Source: Candidatus Saccharimonadia bacterium
Lineage (GTDB): Bacteria; Patescibacteriota; SICC01
Assembly: GCA_025449535.1 (NCBI GenBank)
Contig: JANWJF010000001.1
Coordinates: 68,279-132,278 of the forward strand
Direction of reading: 5' to 3'
Length of the DNA: 64,000 bases
Made by a program: the position numbers and the translations under genes. The notes below the pieces were generated by a model. The model was not told the origin of the DNA. It made no database searches and worked only from the letters and a program-made list of their open reading frames with translations. This document shows positions 37,738-47,289 of the stretch, piece after piece. Within the stretch, counting starts at the first letter, position 1. Every line of letters starts with the position of its first letter.

Positions 37738-40590
37738 ATGCCTGGAACATTCCTCAGCACAGTCAGGGATCGAGTGAGCGGCAGGCGCCTGCGGCGACGG
37801 TTCGTGGCGCTTCTGGCCACCGGGCTGGTCGTGGCCGGCGGTGCCTACGCGCTCACCGAGCTGCCGAAGCAGTCTCCTGCCCGGACGGCAGGAGTCAGCG
37901 CCGTATACATCGATAACCTGGACGTGGCGGCCACCGGCGGCGACAAGGGCGTGGTGCTGAGCTACAACACCAGCCCGGTGAAGCGGAATAACGGCTCGAT
38001 CGCCGCGGGCACCCGGATGGTGATCACGGTCACCAAGCCGGACGCCAGCGAGATCACGTTCAAGCAGAGCACCGACCAGGACGGCCGGATCCGCGGCCAG
38101 GTCTACGGCGCCGAGCTGAACCAGGATGGCATCTACGGCCTGGAATTGCGGGTGGACGGCACGTCCGTCTCGGACTCGGCCAGCTTCACGATCGACGAAC
38201 GGGCGCGGCTCGGGGCGAACAGCCAGATCTTTACCGGCAACAACCAGATCTTCCGGAATACCGCCGATTCCGCCACCGCCTTCACCGTCCAGAAGGCGGA
38301 CGGCACCGAGGTGCTCGGCGTGGACACGACCGGTGGCGGGGAGGTGCGGGTCACCGACCTCACGGCCACCGGTACGATCACGGCGGCCGACTTCTCGGGC
38401 GACGGGTCGAACCTCACGGGCGTCACCGCCGACACGCTCGACGGCCAGGACGGCAGCTACTACCTCGACCTGGGCAATGCCACCGGCACCCTGGCCGTGG
38501 CCCGGGGCGGCACCGGCACGGGGACCGTTCCGACCAACGGCCAGCTCTTGATCGGCAACGGCACCGGCTATACCGTCGCCACCCCGACCGGCACGGGCAT
38601 CACCGTCGGTACGGGCGCGGGCACTCTCTCCTTCTCTACCGTTTATGGTTCGGGTGTAAACACCGCCGTCCAGGGCGACACCACCCTGACCTGTCCCTCC
38701 GGCACCGGCAACCTCACCGGCGGCGGGACCAGTATCACGCTGGGTTCCGGAGGTACCTGCGGCGCCCTGGACACCGTGAACAACCCCACCTTCTCCGGGT
38801 TGGTCACCGGCAACGCCGGCGGACTCTTCGTGGCTGCCGACCTGAACGGCACCGCCCTCACCGCCCGAGGGGTCGCCAGCCAGTCCGCCGACCTGATCCG
38901 GGCCGAGGACTCAAGCACCACTACGCTCTTCAGCGTCGGGGGCGCGGGCGGGATCCTGAGCCGGCGGGCGGGCACCGGCCAGAGCGTCTTCGCCGGACGC
39001 ATCACCACCGACTCTGTCAGCCGGTTCAACGTGCTCGCCAGCGGCCAGCTGGAGTGGGGGCCCGGCGGAGCTGGCGCGATCGACACCACTCTCTTCCGGG
39101 ACACGGGTAACACCTTGAGGACCAACGGTACCTTCTTGGTGGGCTCCAACATCTCGTTCGACACCGACATCAAGGTCGCCCGGGGGGCTGCCACCGACGT
39201 GGTCTTCGCCAGCGACACCGCGGCGGACAGCTTCGACCGCTTCCGGATCATGGCAGACGGCAAGCAGGAGTGGGGCCCGGGGAACGGGGCCCGGGACACC
39301 ACCCTGTACCGGGACGCCGCGGGCAATCTGCTTAAGACGGACGACGCGTTCGTGGCGGCCGTCGGCAGTACCAACCCCGGCGCCTTCGACCGCCTGACCA
39401 ATGACGGCACGATCGTCTCGCTCCGCCAAGATGGCACCGAGGAGGGCACGATCTCCGTTTCGGGCACCACGGTCAGCTATAACGCTTTCACCGGCTCTCA
39501 CTACGCCGACGCGCAGGAATCCATCGACGAAGGCATGCTCGTCACCCTGACCGGTACGAACGGACGCTTGGGCGACCGCCCGGACTCCGAAGTGCTCTAT
39601 GGCGTTAAACGTGCCACTAAGGCCAATGATGCGGGAATCATGGGTGCATACCTGAGCGTACTTAATCCGAAAACGGCCAAGAACGAGAACCGTCCGGAAT
39701 CGGCCGCCAACCCGAGCCTGGTAATGGCGGTCGGTAACGGCGACGTGTGGGTGGCCGACAACGGGAAGAACCTCAATCCCGGCGACAACCTGATCAGCTC
39801 CGACATCGCCGGTCACGCCATGGCAGATACGGGCGAGTATCCGGTGAGCCACGTAGTGGCGAAGGTAGCCGAACCGACCGACTGGGACGCGGTGGACGAG
39901 ACGGTAGATGCGGACGGCCGGGACGTCAAGCACCGGAAGGTCTCCGTCTTCTTCACTCAGTTCGACAAGCCGAATCGCGGCGGCGTTGAGGACCTGCGGG
40001 AAGTCGAGGAACGGGTCGAACGGCTAGAGGCGAAACTGGATGAGCTGGCCGGAGGTGCGGCGCTGCCTTCTCTGCCCGAGGTGACCGCTTCGCCGGCCCC
40101 ATCGCCCGGGTCGCCGGACGCGCTCTCGCAAAGCATCGCCGAGCTGCGGACCGAGGCGATCGCCGCGGACAAGGAACATGACGCCGAGAACGACGAACGG
40201 TTCGAGCGGCTCGAGCGGCAGTTGTCGGCCATAGCGGCGGTCGTGCGAAGCCGCGAAGTGACCGGCTCCGAGGGGACGAACCGGTCGATCCTTGGGGATA
40301 TGGGACTCTATGCGACAGACCCGCCGGACGGCTCCGGTACCGTGGACGGCGTGACCGGCGACCCGACGAAAGGCGACGGGTTCGATGCGAAACGGACCGC
40401 CAAGGGCATCTACGCGATCACGTTCGCGGATGCCCGGCCCCGCGTCCCGAGCCCGACGGTCACTCCGAAGGACCCGAACGGCGTAGTGATCTGCAGTGTC
40501 CACGACGTGACCGAGGAAGGATTCGCAGTGAAGTGTCAGGACGTCCAAGGCCGTGGAGTCGACCAGGAATTCGCGTTCCGGGCCTGGTGA
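37738..40590 (+). CDS. Large surface protein with phage-tail-fiber-like repeats and C-terminal coiled-coil region
   Basis: 950 aa. N-terminal signal-anchor. Gly/Thr-rich beta-repeat core including ADFSGDGSNLTGVTADTLDGQDGSYYLDLGNATG, which is a DTLDG-type tail-fiber motif. C-terminal ERVERLEAKLDEL/RFERLERQL coiled coils reminiscent of tail-fiber intramolecular-chaperone domains. Confidence 0.65.
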   Translation: MPGTFLSTVRDRVSGRRLRRRFVALLATGLVVAGGAYALTELPKQSPARTAGVSAVYIDNLDVAATGGDKGVVLSYNTSPVKRNNGSIAAGTRMVITVTKPDASEITFKQSTDQDGRIRGQVYGAELNQDGIYGLELRVDGTSVSDSASFTIDERARLGANSQIFTGNNQIFRNTADSATAFTVQKADGTEVLGVDTTGGGEVRVTDLTATGTITAADFSGDGSNLTGVTADTLDGQDGSYYLDLGNATGTLAVARGGTGTGTVPTNGQLLIGNGTGYTVATPTGTGITVGTGAGTLSFSTVYGSGVNTAVQGDTTLTCPSGTGNLTGGGTSITLGSGGTCGALDTVNNPTFSGLVTGNAGGLFVAADLNGTALTARGVASQSADLIRAEDSSTTTLFSVGGAGGILSRRAGTGQSVFAGRITTDSVSRFNVLASGQLEWGPGGAGAIDTTLFRDTGNTLRTNGTFLVGSNISFDTDIKVARGAATDVVFASDTAADSFDRFRIMADGKQEWGPGNGARDTTLYRDAAGNLLKTDDAFVAAVGSTNPGAFDRLTNDGTIVSLRQDGTEEGTISVSGTTVSYNAFTGSHYADAQESIDEGMLVTLTGTNGRLGDRPDSEVLYGVKRATKANDAGIMGAYLSVLNPKTAKNENRPESAANPSLVMAVGNGDVWVADNGKNLNPGDNLISSDIAGHAMADTGEYPVSHVVAKVAEPTDWDAVDETVDADGRDVKHRKVSVFFTQFDKPNRGGVEDLREVEERVERLEAKLDELAGGAALPSLPEVTASPAPSPGSPDALSQSIAELRTEAIAADKEHDAENDERFERLERQLSAIAAVVRSREVTGSEGTNRSILGDMGLYATDPPDGSGTVDGVTGDPTKGDGFDAKRTAKGIYAITFADARPRVPSPTVTPKDPNGVVICSVHDVTEEGFAVKCQDVQGRGVDQEFAFRAW

Positions 40591-40593
40591 CCG

Positions 40594-41352
40594 TTATGGC
40601 CGGAGCGTACCGGCGAATACCTGCCAGGCCAGGGCAGATTTCGCGAACAGGCTGAGCAGGACGTACGCCCGCTCCCCGTAGAGGTACTCGCGCCACTTAC
40701 CCGCCTTCTTGTACTGCAGGACCATGTTGATCGCGAAGCAGTTGAAGAAGACGAAGATGCTCACGAAAATCCAGTAGACGAAGTCCGGGGCCTTGCTGCC
40801 GTATGCGGCGCCGGAGGCCAGGTAGAGCGCCACCGCGATCCACGGGCCGATCCCGGCCGCGCAGCCGACCCAGAACGGCAGCCAGTCGGTACGCGCGGCG
40901 TCCTGGTCGCGGACCTCCATCACCAGTCCGCAGAGGTTCATCACAGCGACGGCCAGGAAGATCAACGCCAGCGCGGCGGCGTCATAGATGCCGACCAGCA
41001 TCGCGACCGCCACCATCATCGTACTGGCAGAGAACGCGTACTCCACCCAGCGGAACCGGTTGATGCCTTTCCGCAGGCCCCGCTCGTACCGGCGACGGCC
41101 GACCGTCGCGACGACCAAGTGCGCCACGGCGGACATGAACAGGAACGCCACGACCAAGGCGGCCAGCGGGACGTCCGCGATCGCCTTGGCGGCAGGCACG
41201 AGCGACTGCGACGTCGGGTCGAACTGCAGGAAGCCGAGGTTCAGCGGCAGCGAGAAGTCCGTCGCCAGTACCCAGATCACGATTCCCTGCAAGGCATGGA
41301 GCCCTGCCATCGTCAGGTTGAAGCGCTGTAATTTTTCTAGTTTTCCTGCCAT
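40594..41352 (-). CDS. Heliorhodopsin
   Basis: 252 aa, 7 TM helices. Near-identical blocks to characterised heliorhodopsins: FRWVEYAFSAS (counterion Glu), LPFWVGCAAGIGPWIA, YLYGERAYVLLSLFAKSALAWQ (Schiff-base Lys). Conserved His in TM1 and TM2 also present. Confidence 0.85.
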   Translation of the reverse strand: MAGKLEKLQRFNLTMAGLHALQGIVIWVLATDFSLPLNLGFLQFDPTSQSLVPAAKAIADVPLAALVVAFLFMSAVAHLVVATVGRRRYERGLRKGINRFRWVEYAFSASTMMVAVAMLVGIYDAAALALIFLAVAVMNLCGLVMEVRDQDAARTDWLPFWVGCAAGIGPWIAVALYLASGAAYGSKAPDFVYWIFVSIFVFFNCFAINMVLQYKKAGKWREYLYGERAYVLLSLFAKSALAWQVFAGTLRP

Positions 41353-41394
41353 CTGCCGTCCAGTCTAACGTATGCGTACTTTCCTTTGGTTAAG

Positions 41395-42615
41395 CTATAC
41401 CCTTCGTGCCTTCAGTGCCGGGAATCGCTCCGTCATGATCAACAAGGAAGAAATCGCCGCGAACACGAAGCCCAGCTTGACCACGGTGGTGTCCGGCATC
41501 ACGTACGTCAGCAGTACCAGCCCGACCCACCCTAGCGCCTTGACGATACTGCCGACGAACTCCATCACCGCGAAGTACTCGATCCGGCGGTTCGCTATGT
41601 CGTCGCCGCGGTCGTACATCCCCTTGCGGTACGGCAGATGGTACGACACGGTCATCGCCTCGTTGGCAAGGTTCACCAGCAGCGCGGTCGGGTAGAGCGT
41701 CACGAACGGTCGGAACAAGTGCAGAATCGCGTTCGACGTGGCACCGAACCGCAGTAACAGCCTGCCCCGATGCTTGTCGACCAGCCTGCCGATCGTCAGT
41801 GCCGCTACGATCGATGCGACGACCGAGACCGAGGCCAACAGGCCGAGGCCCGCGTAGGCAGCCGCCCCCGTCAGCACGAACACACCGAGATACAGCGGCC
41901 AGAGGAAGCCGCACCAGGTCAGTTCCATGCTGTATGGCACGAATGAAATCAGGTCGTGCTTTATCCGCCGCCATGGCAACGACCATGGACGGAACGGCTG
42001 GCGGGTCGGGATCGGCTCAGCCGTCCGTAAAAGCGGCCAGGCGCCCACGACCAGCATGAAGATTCCCGCCAGGAAGATGTACTGCCCGCCGAAGAAAGTC
42101 GCCACCATGCCCCCGACCAGCGGACCGAGGACTCCGCCGGCCTTCTCCATCACGTTCGCATACCCGAGTTCCTTGCCACCATGGTCCTTATGTTTGATCT
42201 TCGAGAAGTCGACGCTGAACGGGATGCAGAACAGGCTGCTGGCCCCGCCCCAGATCCCGCCGAGCAGCCAGATCGGCCAGCCCATCTGGGGCACGGTCAG
42301 GAACAAGACGGCTGAAAGGGCCAACATCCAGTAGCTGCAGATGATCGTGTGCTTCGGGCCGACCCGAGCCACCAGCCAGCCGGTGAGTAGGTCGAATATC
42401 ACCGCCCGGAAGACAAAGTACCAAGTCGCCAGGATCATCACTTCGACTATCGAGAACCCCTGCTTGAGCATATAGAGGGGTACGAAGATGTTCGTCAGGC
42501 TCAGCGCGAGGCTCCGGAACATCGTGCTGACGTAGATCTCACTTAGTTCGTCGAAGCCGACGTTTCGCCAGAAGTGACGGCGGCGTAGCAGACGATGAAG
42601 GGCTTGTTTTAGCAT
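41395..42615 (-). CDS. MFS transporter
   Basis: 12-TM major-facilitator topology. Trimmed to MLKQALHRL... Its stop lies 42 nt upstream of the heliorhodopsin start on the same strand. Confidence 0.75.
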   Translation of the reverse strand: MLKQALHRLLRRRHFWRNVGFDELSEIYVSTMFRSLALSLTNIFVPLYMLKQGFSIVEVMILATWYFVFRAVIFDLLTGWLVARVGPKHTIICSYWMLALSAVLFLTVPQMGWPIWLLGGIWGGASSLFCIPFSVDFSKIKHKDHGGKELGYANVMEKAGGVLGPLVGGMVATFFGGQYIFLAGIFMLVVGAWPLLRTAEPIPTRQPFRPWSLPWRRIKHDLISFVPYSMELTWCGFLWPLYLGVFVLTGAAAYAGLGLLASVSVVASIVAALTIGRLVDKHRGRLLLRFGATSNAILHLFRPFVTLYPTALLVNLANEAMTVSYHLPYRKGMYDRGDDIANRRIEYFAVMEFVGSIVKALGWVGLVLLTYVMPDTTVVKLGFVFAAISSLLIMTERFPALKARRV

Positions 42616-42846
42616 GACGTTTTTGGTTTCTGGTTCAGTGTAGTGCACCCTTAAGATATACGGCGCGTACCGTGGTCGAAAAGACCACACGTTCCTGAAA
42701 CGAGCTTGGACATACTACCAACGTGCTGCAGTCCATAGATTGCTGCACTCTTTCATGACAAAGAAAGTAAGTTTTACTGACGCCAAGAAGTATTTTGATT
42801 TTGCCTGCCGTCAGGTAGAACCTCAGTAGCCCTTGTTCGGGCGCGC

Positions 42847-44088
42847 TCAGGCTGCTGGCTTGATCGGTAACGGCTGATTGCACGTCGGGTAGGTCGGTTT
42901 GCCGGCGAACCGGTCGCCCAGCCAGTCGGTGACCGCCGGGCCGGTCACGATCGCGGTGTCCTGGTGGCTGACCTTGTCGATCCAAAGCAGCTGGAGGTCC
43001 GAGCCGGCCGTGCACCACGACTTCGCCAGGAGCGCCGTCGTGTCCGGCAGGACCACCTTGTCGGAGAGGCTTTGCGCTACCAGGAGCGGCCGGTTCGGCG
43101 GCAGCGCCGTCGGCGTCTGCTCCTCGGCGGCGCCGCGCCAGCTCGGATCCGTCATCGGCTCACGGACGAAGAACCGCTCTCCCGCCGTATGGCGCAGCAG
43201 CGCGTCGATGCCGGACAGTACCACGCATTCCCGGGCGATCCGGTCGGCGTTCTCGCGGCCCGGCTCCGTCACTAATCCGAGGTTGAGGTCCGGGTACGCC
43301 GTCGGCCAGGTCGCCGTCACGTCGGACCCGATCACCCAGGCGGCGGCCGAGTCGAGCTGGGCGGTCTGCTCATCGAACAGGGATACCAGTTCCGCGGCCG
43401 GTGCGCCGGCCGCGGTTCCCACCAGCGTCAGTTCCGGCGCGTAGGCACGGGACTCCTGGGCCGACCAGAGCGCGGAGTGGCCGCCCTGCGAGTGGCCCCA
43501 GAGCGCGAACCGGCTGCCGGACTGCGGATCCACCTGCCGGGCCGCCCGGACCGAGTTCAGGACGTCGCGGGCCTCGTCCTTGCCGACCAGGTAGCGGCTG
43601 ATGCCCGCGGTGCCGAGTCCCGAGTAATCCGTGGCCGTGACCACCCAGCCCCGCTTCAGCATCCCGCCGAGCCAGTCCATGTCGGCCAAAGGCTGCTGCG
43701 ACCGGGACGGCGCGCAGGAATCGCCGAGTCCGATCGTGCCGTGCGCCCAGGCGACCACCGGGCGCCCCGACCGCTCCCCCGCCGGGCGGAAGACCATCCC
43801 CGAGGATACGGTCGGCGTGCCGTCGCCACGTTCGCTCCGATAAAGAATCCGTTCCGCGCTGCCGCCCGCCGGCACGGCAACGTCCATTTGTTCCCGTTTG
43901 AGTACCGTCCCGGGCTGGCGTCGTTCGTAGTCCGTCGGCGCGTCGTAGAACGGCTGCAGCGCCGCCTGACGCCGCTCATCATCGTCCTGCCGGACGGCCA
44001 ACCAGGCGGCCAACGCCAAGAGCGCGACGATCACGGCCGCGAGTAAGACCCGGAAGGCCGGGTGCGGATGGTTTGGTTTTGCTGTCAT
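42847..44088 (-). CDS. Secreted lipase (alpha/beta hydrolase, secretory-lipase family)
   Basis: 413 aa. Signal peptide. GHSQGG nucleophile elbow. Lid/cap region typical of LIP-family lipases. Confidence 0.7.
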   Translation of the reverse strand: MTAKPNHPHPAFRVLLAAVIVALLALAAWLAVRQDDDERRQAALQPFYDAPTDYERRQPGTVLKREQMDVAVPAGGSAERILYRSERGDGTPTVSSGMVFRPAGERSGRPVVAWAHGTIGLGDSCAPSRSQQPLADMDWLGGMLKRGWVVTATDYSGLGTAGISRYLVGKDEARDVLNSVRAARQVDPQSGSRFALWGHSQGGHSALWSAQESRAYAPELTLVGTAAGAPAAELVSLFDEQTAQLDSAAAWVIGSDVTATWPTAYPDLNLGLVTEPGRENADRIARECVVLSGIDALLRHTAGERFFVREPMTDPSWRGAAEEQTPTALPPNRPLLVAQSLSDKVVLPDTTALLAKSWCTAGSDLQLLWIDKVSHQDTAIVTGPAVTDWLGDRFAGKPTYPTCNQPLPIKPAA

Positions 44089-44289
44089 GCCTGGCTCCCC
44101 TCTGTCTCGTTGCTTGCAGCATCGGCCTTCCCTGCCTGGCAGTCAAGCCGGTCGGTTGCTGAGCGCATTGAGCAGGGTGTATGCTGGCTTCCATGTGAAG
44201 CCGTGCGCCAAGCGCATTCCGCTTCATAGACCCAGCTCATTGAGATCACGGGTCTCGAGAATCCTACCAGACACGACGAGGGGAGTTGG

Positions 44290-44427
44290 ATGTCCCGAGG
44301 TAACAGCAAGTCCGGCACGACCAAACAGCGGGGCCGGAAACGGCACAAATTCGAAAAGGCTCCGCATGGTCGCGAGCGCCGGGCGATGGCGAAGAACAGA
44401 GGTGGCAAGGTCCAGCCCGCTACCTGA
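44290..44427 (+). CDS. Candidate small basic ORF (45 aa) in a 426-bp intergenic region, not in the ORF track
   Basis: GAGGGGAG SD 4-5 nt upstream of the ATG. Translates MSRGNSKSGTTKQRGRKRHKFEKAPHGRERRAMAKNRGGKVQPAT. Followed by an 11-bp hairpin GGACGCGAGCG...CGCTCGCGTCC at 44441-44476. Confidence 0.2.
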   Translation: MSRGNSKSGTTKQRGRKRHKFEKAPHGRERRAMAKNRGGKVQPAT

Positions 44428-44514
44428 CCTTCGGCGGAACGGACGCGAGCGATTCCCTGACGCCTCGCTCGCGTCCGACCGCCCCGCCCCTACCGTGATC
44501 TCAATGACTGACCC

Positions 44515-46152
44515 CTACTTGAATACCCGGAACGGGCTTCCTTCGGGATCCCAGTTCTGGTCCGAGAGCAGCGCGTTCCGCTCCGCCAGGCTGGCGGTGA
44601 AGAAGTGCTTCCGGAACCGCGGGCTCCAGAAACGGTACAGCGGTCCCGAGTCCGCCACGGCCGATACCGGGGCGCAGGCCATCGCGCCCTCGAACTTCCA
44701 GTTCGGGTCGCCCGTCTGGAGATGGTTCCGCTCCGCCTCGTTCACGGTGTAGAAGTGGCTCTGGAAGCGGCTGCTGTAGAACCGGTAGACCTCCTCGCGG
44801 CCGCCAGAGCAGGTCCCGCTAGCCGTCGGCGGGAGGAATCCGGTCACACCTTCGGAGCGCCAACTGCCGCCATGCTGATCGTTGTCGTTCTTGAGCAGCT
44901 GGTCCCGTTCCGACTTGCTCAGCGTGTAGAAGTGGGCGTTGCCGCGCTTCGGGCTGTAGAACCGATACAGCGCGGTGGTCCCGGCCGGGGTCCCGGCCGG
45001 CGGCGTCTCGTCGATGGATGACTCGACCTCATAGACCGTCCCGCCGAACGTCGCCATGTACAGCGCGCCGTCCGGGCCGCGGCCGAACGTCGAGATGTTC
45101 TGGTCGGTGTCGGCGATCCGGTTCACCTGGGCGCCCTTGGCCGTCGATTCCAGCGTCCAGACGTCCCCGCCGCAAAAGTCGCCGAAGAAGTAGTGCCCAT
45201 ACAGGAAGTCGCCCGAGGTCTGGCGCGCCACTTCCCCGCCGGTCACGCTGCAGCGGCCGCTTTCGTGGCCGTACTGGAAGTCCGGGAACCGGTAAGAACC
45301 CGCGGACCCGCAGCCGGCGGATTCGAACACGTTCGTGCCCTCGTAACAGTCCCAGCCGAAGTTAGCCGGTCCCGCGGCCGCGCTCCGGGTGTCGATCTCC
45401 TCGCGAGCGCCCTGGCCGACGTCCCCGATGTACAATCCGCCGGTCAGCGGATCGAACCCGATCCGCCAGGGATTCCGGAGGCCTGAGTGATAGACGCGCT
45501 CGTCCCCGCCGCCGGAATCGTACGGATTGCCGGCCGGGATGGAATAGTACGGCGCGCTATCCTCGGGCGTCACCCTGAGGATCTTGCCACGCGGCTCGTC
45601 CGGATCCTGGGCGGTCTCGAACGGGTCGCCGCCCCCGCCGCCGTCCCCGGTGCCGAGGTAGAGGTTCCCGTCCCCGCCGAACCGCAGCGCGCCGCCGTTG
45701 TGGTTGCTGTGCGTCGGGTGGGCGATCGTGAACAGTTCCACGCGCGAGCCCGGATCCGCGGCGGTGTCCGTATCGCGCGTGTACCGCGCCAGCACGTTAT
45801 TACCCGCGGCATTGGTGTGATAGACGTAGAAGAACCCATTGGTCTCGTAATCCGGGTGGAACGCCAGCCCGAGCAGGCCTTGCTCGCCGCCCGTGATCAC
45901 CAGGCCGCTGATGTCGAGGAACGTCCCGCCGTCACCGCCGTCCGCGTCGAGAATCTGGATCGTCCCGCCCTTCTCGACCACGAACACCCGTTCCGAGTCG
46001 TCCGGATCGGCGGTCGCGGCCAGGTCGACCGGCTGCGAGAACCCGCTCGCCACCGTGCGGAACGTCACCTTGGGGCCGTGGGCGGAAGCCGGGGCCGGTA
46101 CGACCAAGACGGCCACTAGTACGGCGGTTACTGCCGCGGCCAACATATGCAT
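44515..46152 (-). CDS. PQQ-dependent sugar dehydrogenase (soluble GDH/sorbosone-DH beta-propeller) with three C-terminal YRF..HFYT repeats
   Basis: 545 aa. Signal peptide. LLGLAFHPD and HNGGALRFGGDGNLYLGTGDGG motifs. C-terminus carries 3 tandem ~35-aa repeats (LYRFYSPKRGNAHFYT / VYRFYSSRFQSHFYT / LYRFWSPRFRKHFFT). Confidence 0.75.
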   Translation of the reverse strand: MHMLAAAVTAVLVAVLVVPAPASAHGPKVTFRTVASGFSQPVDLAATADPDDSERVFVVEKGGTIQILDADGGDGGTFLDISGLVITGGEQGLLGLAFHPDYETNGFFYVYHTNAAGNNVLARYTRDTDTAADPGSRVELFTIAHPTHSNHNGGALRFGGDGNLYLGTGDGGGGGDPFETAQDPDEPRGKILRVTPEDSAPYYSIPAGNPYDSGGGDERVYHSGLRNPWRIGFDPLTGGLYIGDVGQGAREEIDTRSAAAGPANFGWDCYEGTNVFESAGCGSAGSYRFPDFQYGHESGRCSVTGGEVARQTSGDFLYGHYFFGDFCGGDVWTLESTAKGAQVNRIADTDQNISTFGRGPDGALYMATFGGTVYEVESSIDETPPAGTPAGTTALYRFYSPKRGNAHFYTLSKSERDQLLKNDNDQHGGSWRSEGVTGFLPPTASGTCSGGREEVYRFYSSRFQSHFYTVNEAERNHLQTGDPNWKFEGAMACAPVSAVADSGPLYRFWSPRFRKHFFTASLAERNALLSDQNWDPEGSPFRVFK

Positions 46153-46165
46153 GGATAGGCGTATG

Positions 46166-46660
46166 TCAGCCTCCTTGGACGGCTTTTTCTAGTTCGGCGA
46201 CGTCGATCTTCTGCATCTTGAGCATCGCCTGCATCGCTCGCTGCGACGTTCCCGGATCCGGATCGCTGAGCAGTTCGCCAAGCCTCTCCGGGACGATCTG
46301 CCAGGAGAGACCGAACCTGTCCTTCAACCAGCCGCACTGGCTTTCCGCACCGCCGTCGGCGATGAGCTTGTCCCAGTAGTAGTCGACTTCCTCCTGGTCC
46401 TTGCAGTCCACCACGAACGAGACCGCCTCGCTGAACTTGAACAACGGTCCGCCGTTCAGCGCCAGGAACTGCTGCCCCGCGATCTGAAACTCCACGGTCA
46501 GGACCGACCCTGCCGGTCTGCCGGAGACCTTCGCGCTCGCCTCATCGTAGCGGGCCGTCTTGCCGATCTTGGAATCCTTGAAGATCGACACGTAGGAATT
46601 CACGGCTTCCTCGGCCTGGTTGTCGAACCAGAGGCACGGGGTGATCTTCTGCTTGCTCAT
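46166..46660 (-). CDS. VOC-family (PhnB/3-demethylubiquinone-9 methyltransferase-like) protein
   Basis: 164 aa. N-terminal ITPCLWFDNQAEEA is the hallmark of the family. Confidence 0.7.
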   Translation of the reverse strand: MSKQKITPCLWFDNQAEEAVNSYVSIFKDSKIGKTARYDEASAKVSGRPAGSVLTVEFQIAGQQFLALNGGPLFKFSEAVSFVVDCKDQEEVDYYWDKLIADGGAESQCGWLKDRFGLSWQIVPERLGELLSDPDPGTSQRAMQAMLKMQKIDVAELEKAVQGG

Positions 46661-46733
46661 CGGGGTTCCTCCTTCTAGTAACGCGTCGTATCGTGCCCGG
46701 AATACGGCTGCCTGTCATCGTGGGAAGTGACAA

Positions 46734-47180
46734 TCACGCGGCTTCGGCGATCTGCTTGAGCTTCTCCAGCGCCTTCGGCCACAGGTCGTCGAACATGTCG
46801 GCGTATTTCTCGTCCGAATCCAGGTCTACCGTCAGCTTCGTGCCGTCGCCGTCGTCCTCGAACGTGTAGTTCTCGAACGCGGGTTCGGGATACGGGTGCT
46901 CCGTGCCGTCCCTGACCTCCCCGATGTGCTGGATCGAGACGAACTCATGCGGCCGGTTCTCCGCGATCCGCGCGTACATCCCCTCGGGCTTTCCTTGCTT
47001 GTTGGGGGCCACGAACCGGATGTCGCTCCCCTGCTCCCAGCTGCCTTCGTAAGACGAGTCCGTGGACGGGTCCGGCGAGAACGGTGCCGTCCACTGGCGG
47101 TAGGTCGCGTCATCGAGCATGGTCTTCCAGACCGTCTCTCGCGGCGCGGCTATCGTGATGGTGAAATGGAGTTTCTTCAT
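46734..47180 (-). CDS. SRPBCC (Aha1/activator-of-Hsp90-ATPase-like) domain protein
   Basis: Trimmed to MKKLHFTITIAAPRETVWK..., the typical SRPBCC opening. Confidence 0.65.
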   Translation of the reverse strand: MKKLHFTITIAAPRETVWKTMLDDATYRQWTAPFSPDPSTDSSYEGSWEQGSDIRFVAPNKQGKPEGMYARIAENRPHEFVSIQHIGEVRDGTEHPYPEPAFENYTFEDDGDGTKLTVDLDSDEKYADMFDDLWPKALEKLKQIAEAA

Positions 47181-47289
47181 GGCTTGATCGTACTCAAACC
47201 ATACTGCGTCGGACTGCCGGCGCCAATAACCCCCTTGTGGGCAAACCGGCGCTTGGACCAATCCCTAGAGACGCCGGGTCACGCCAGGC

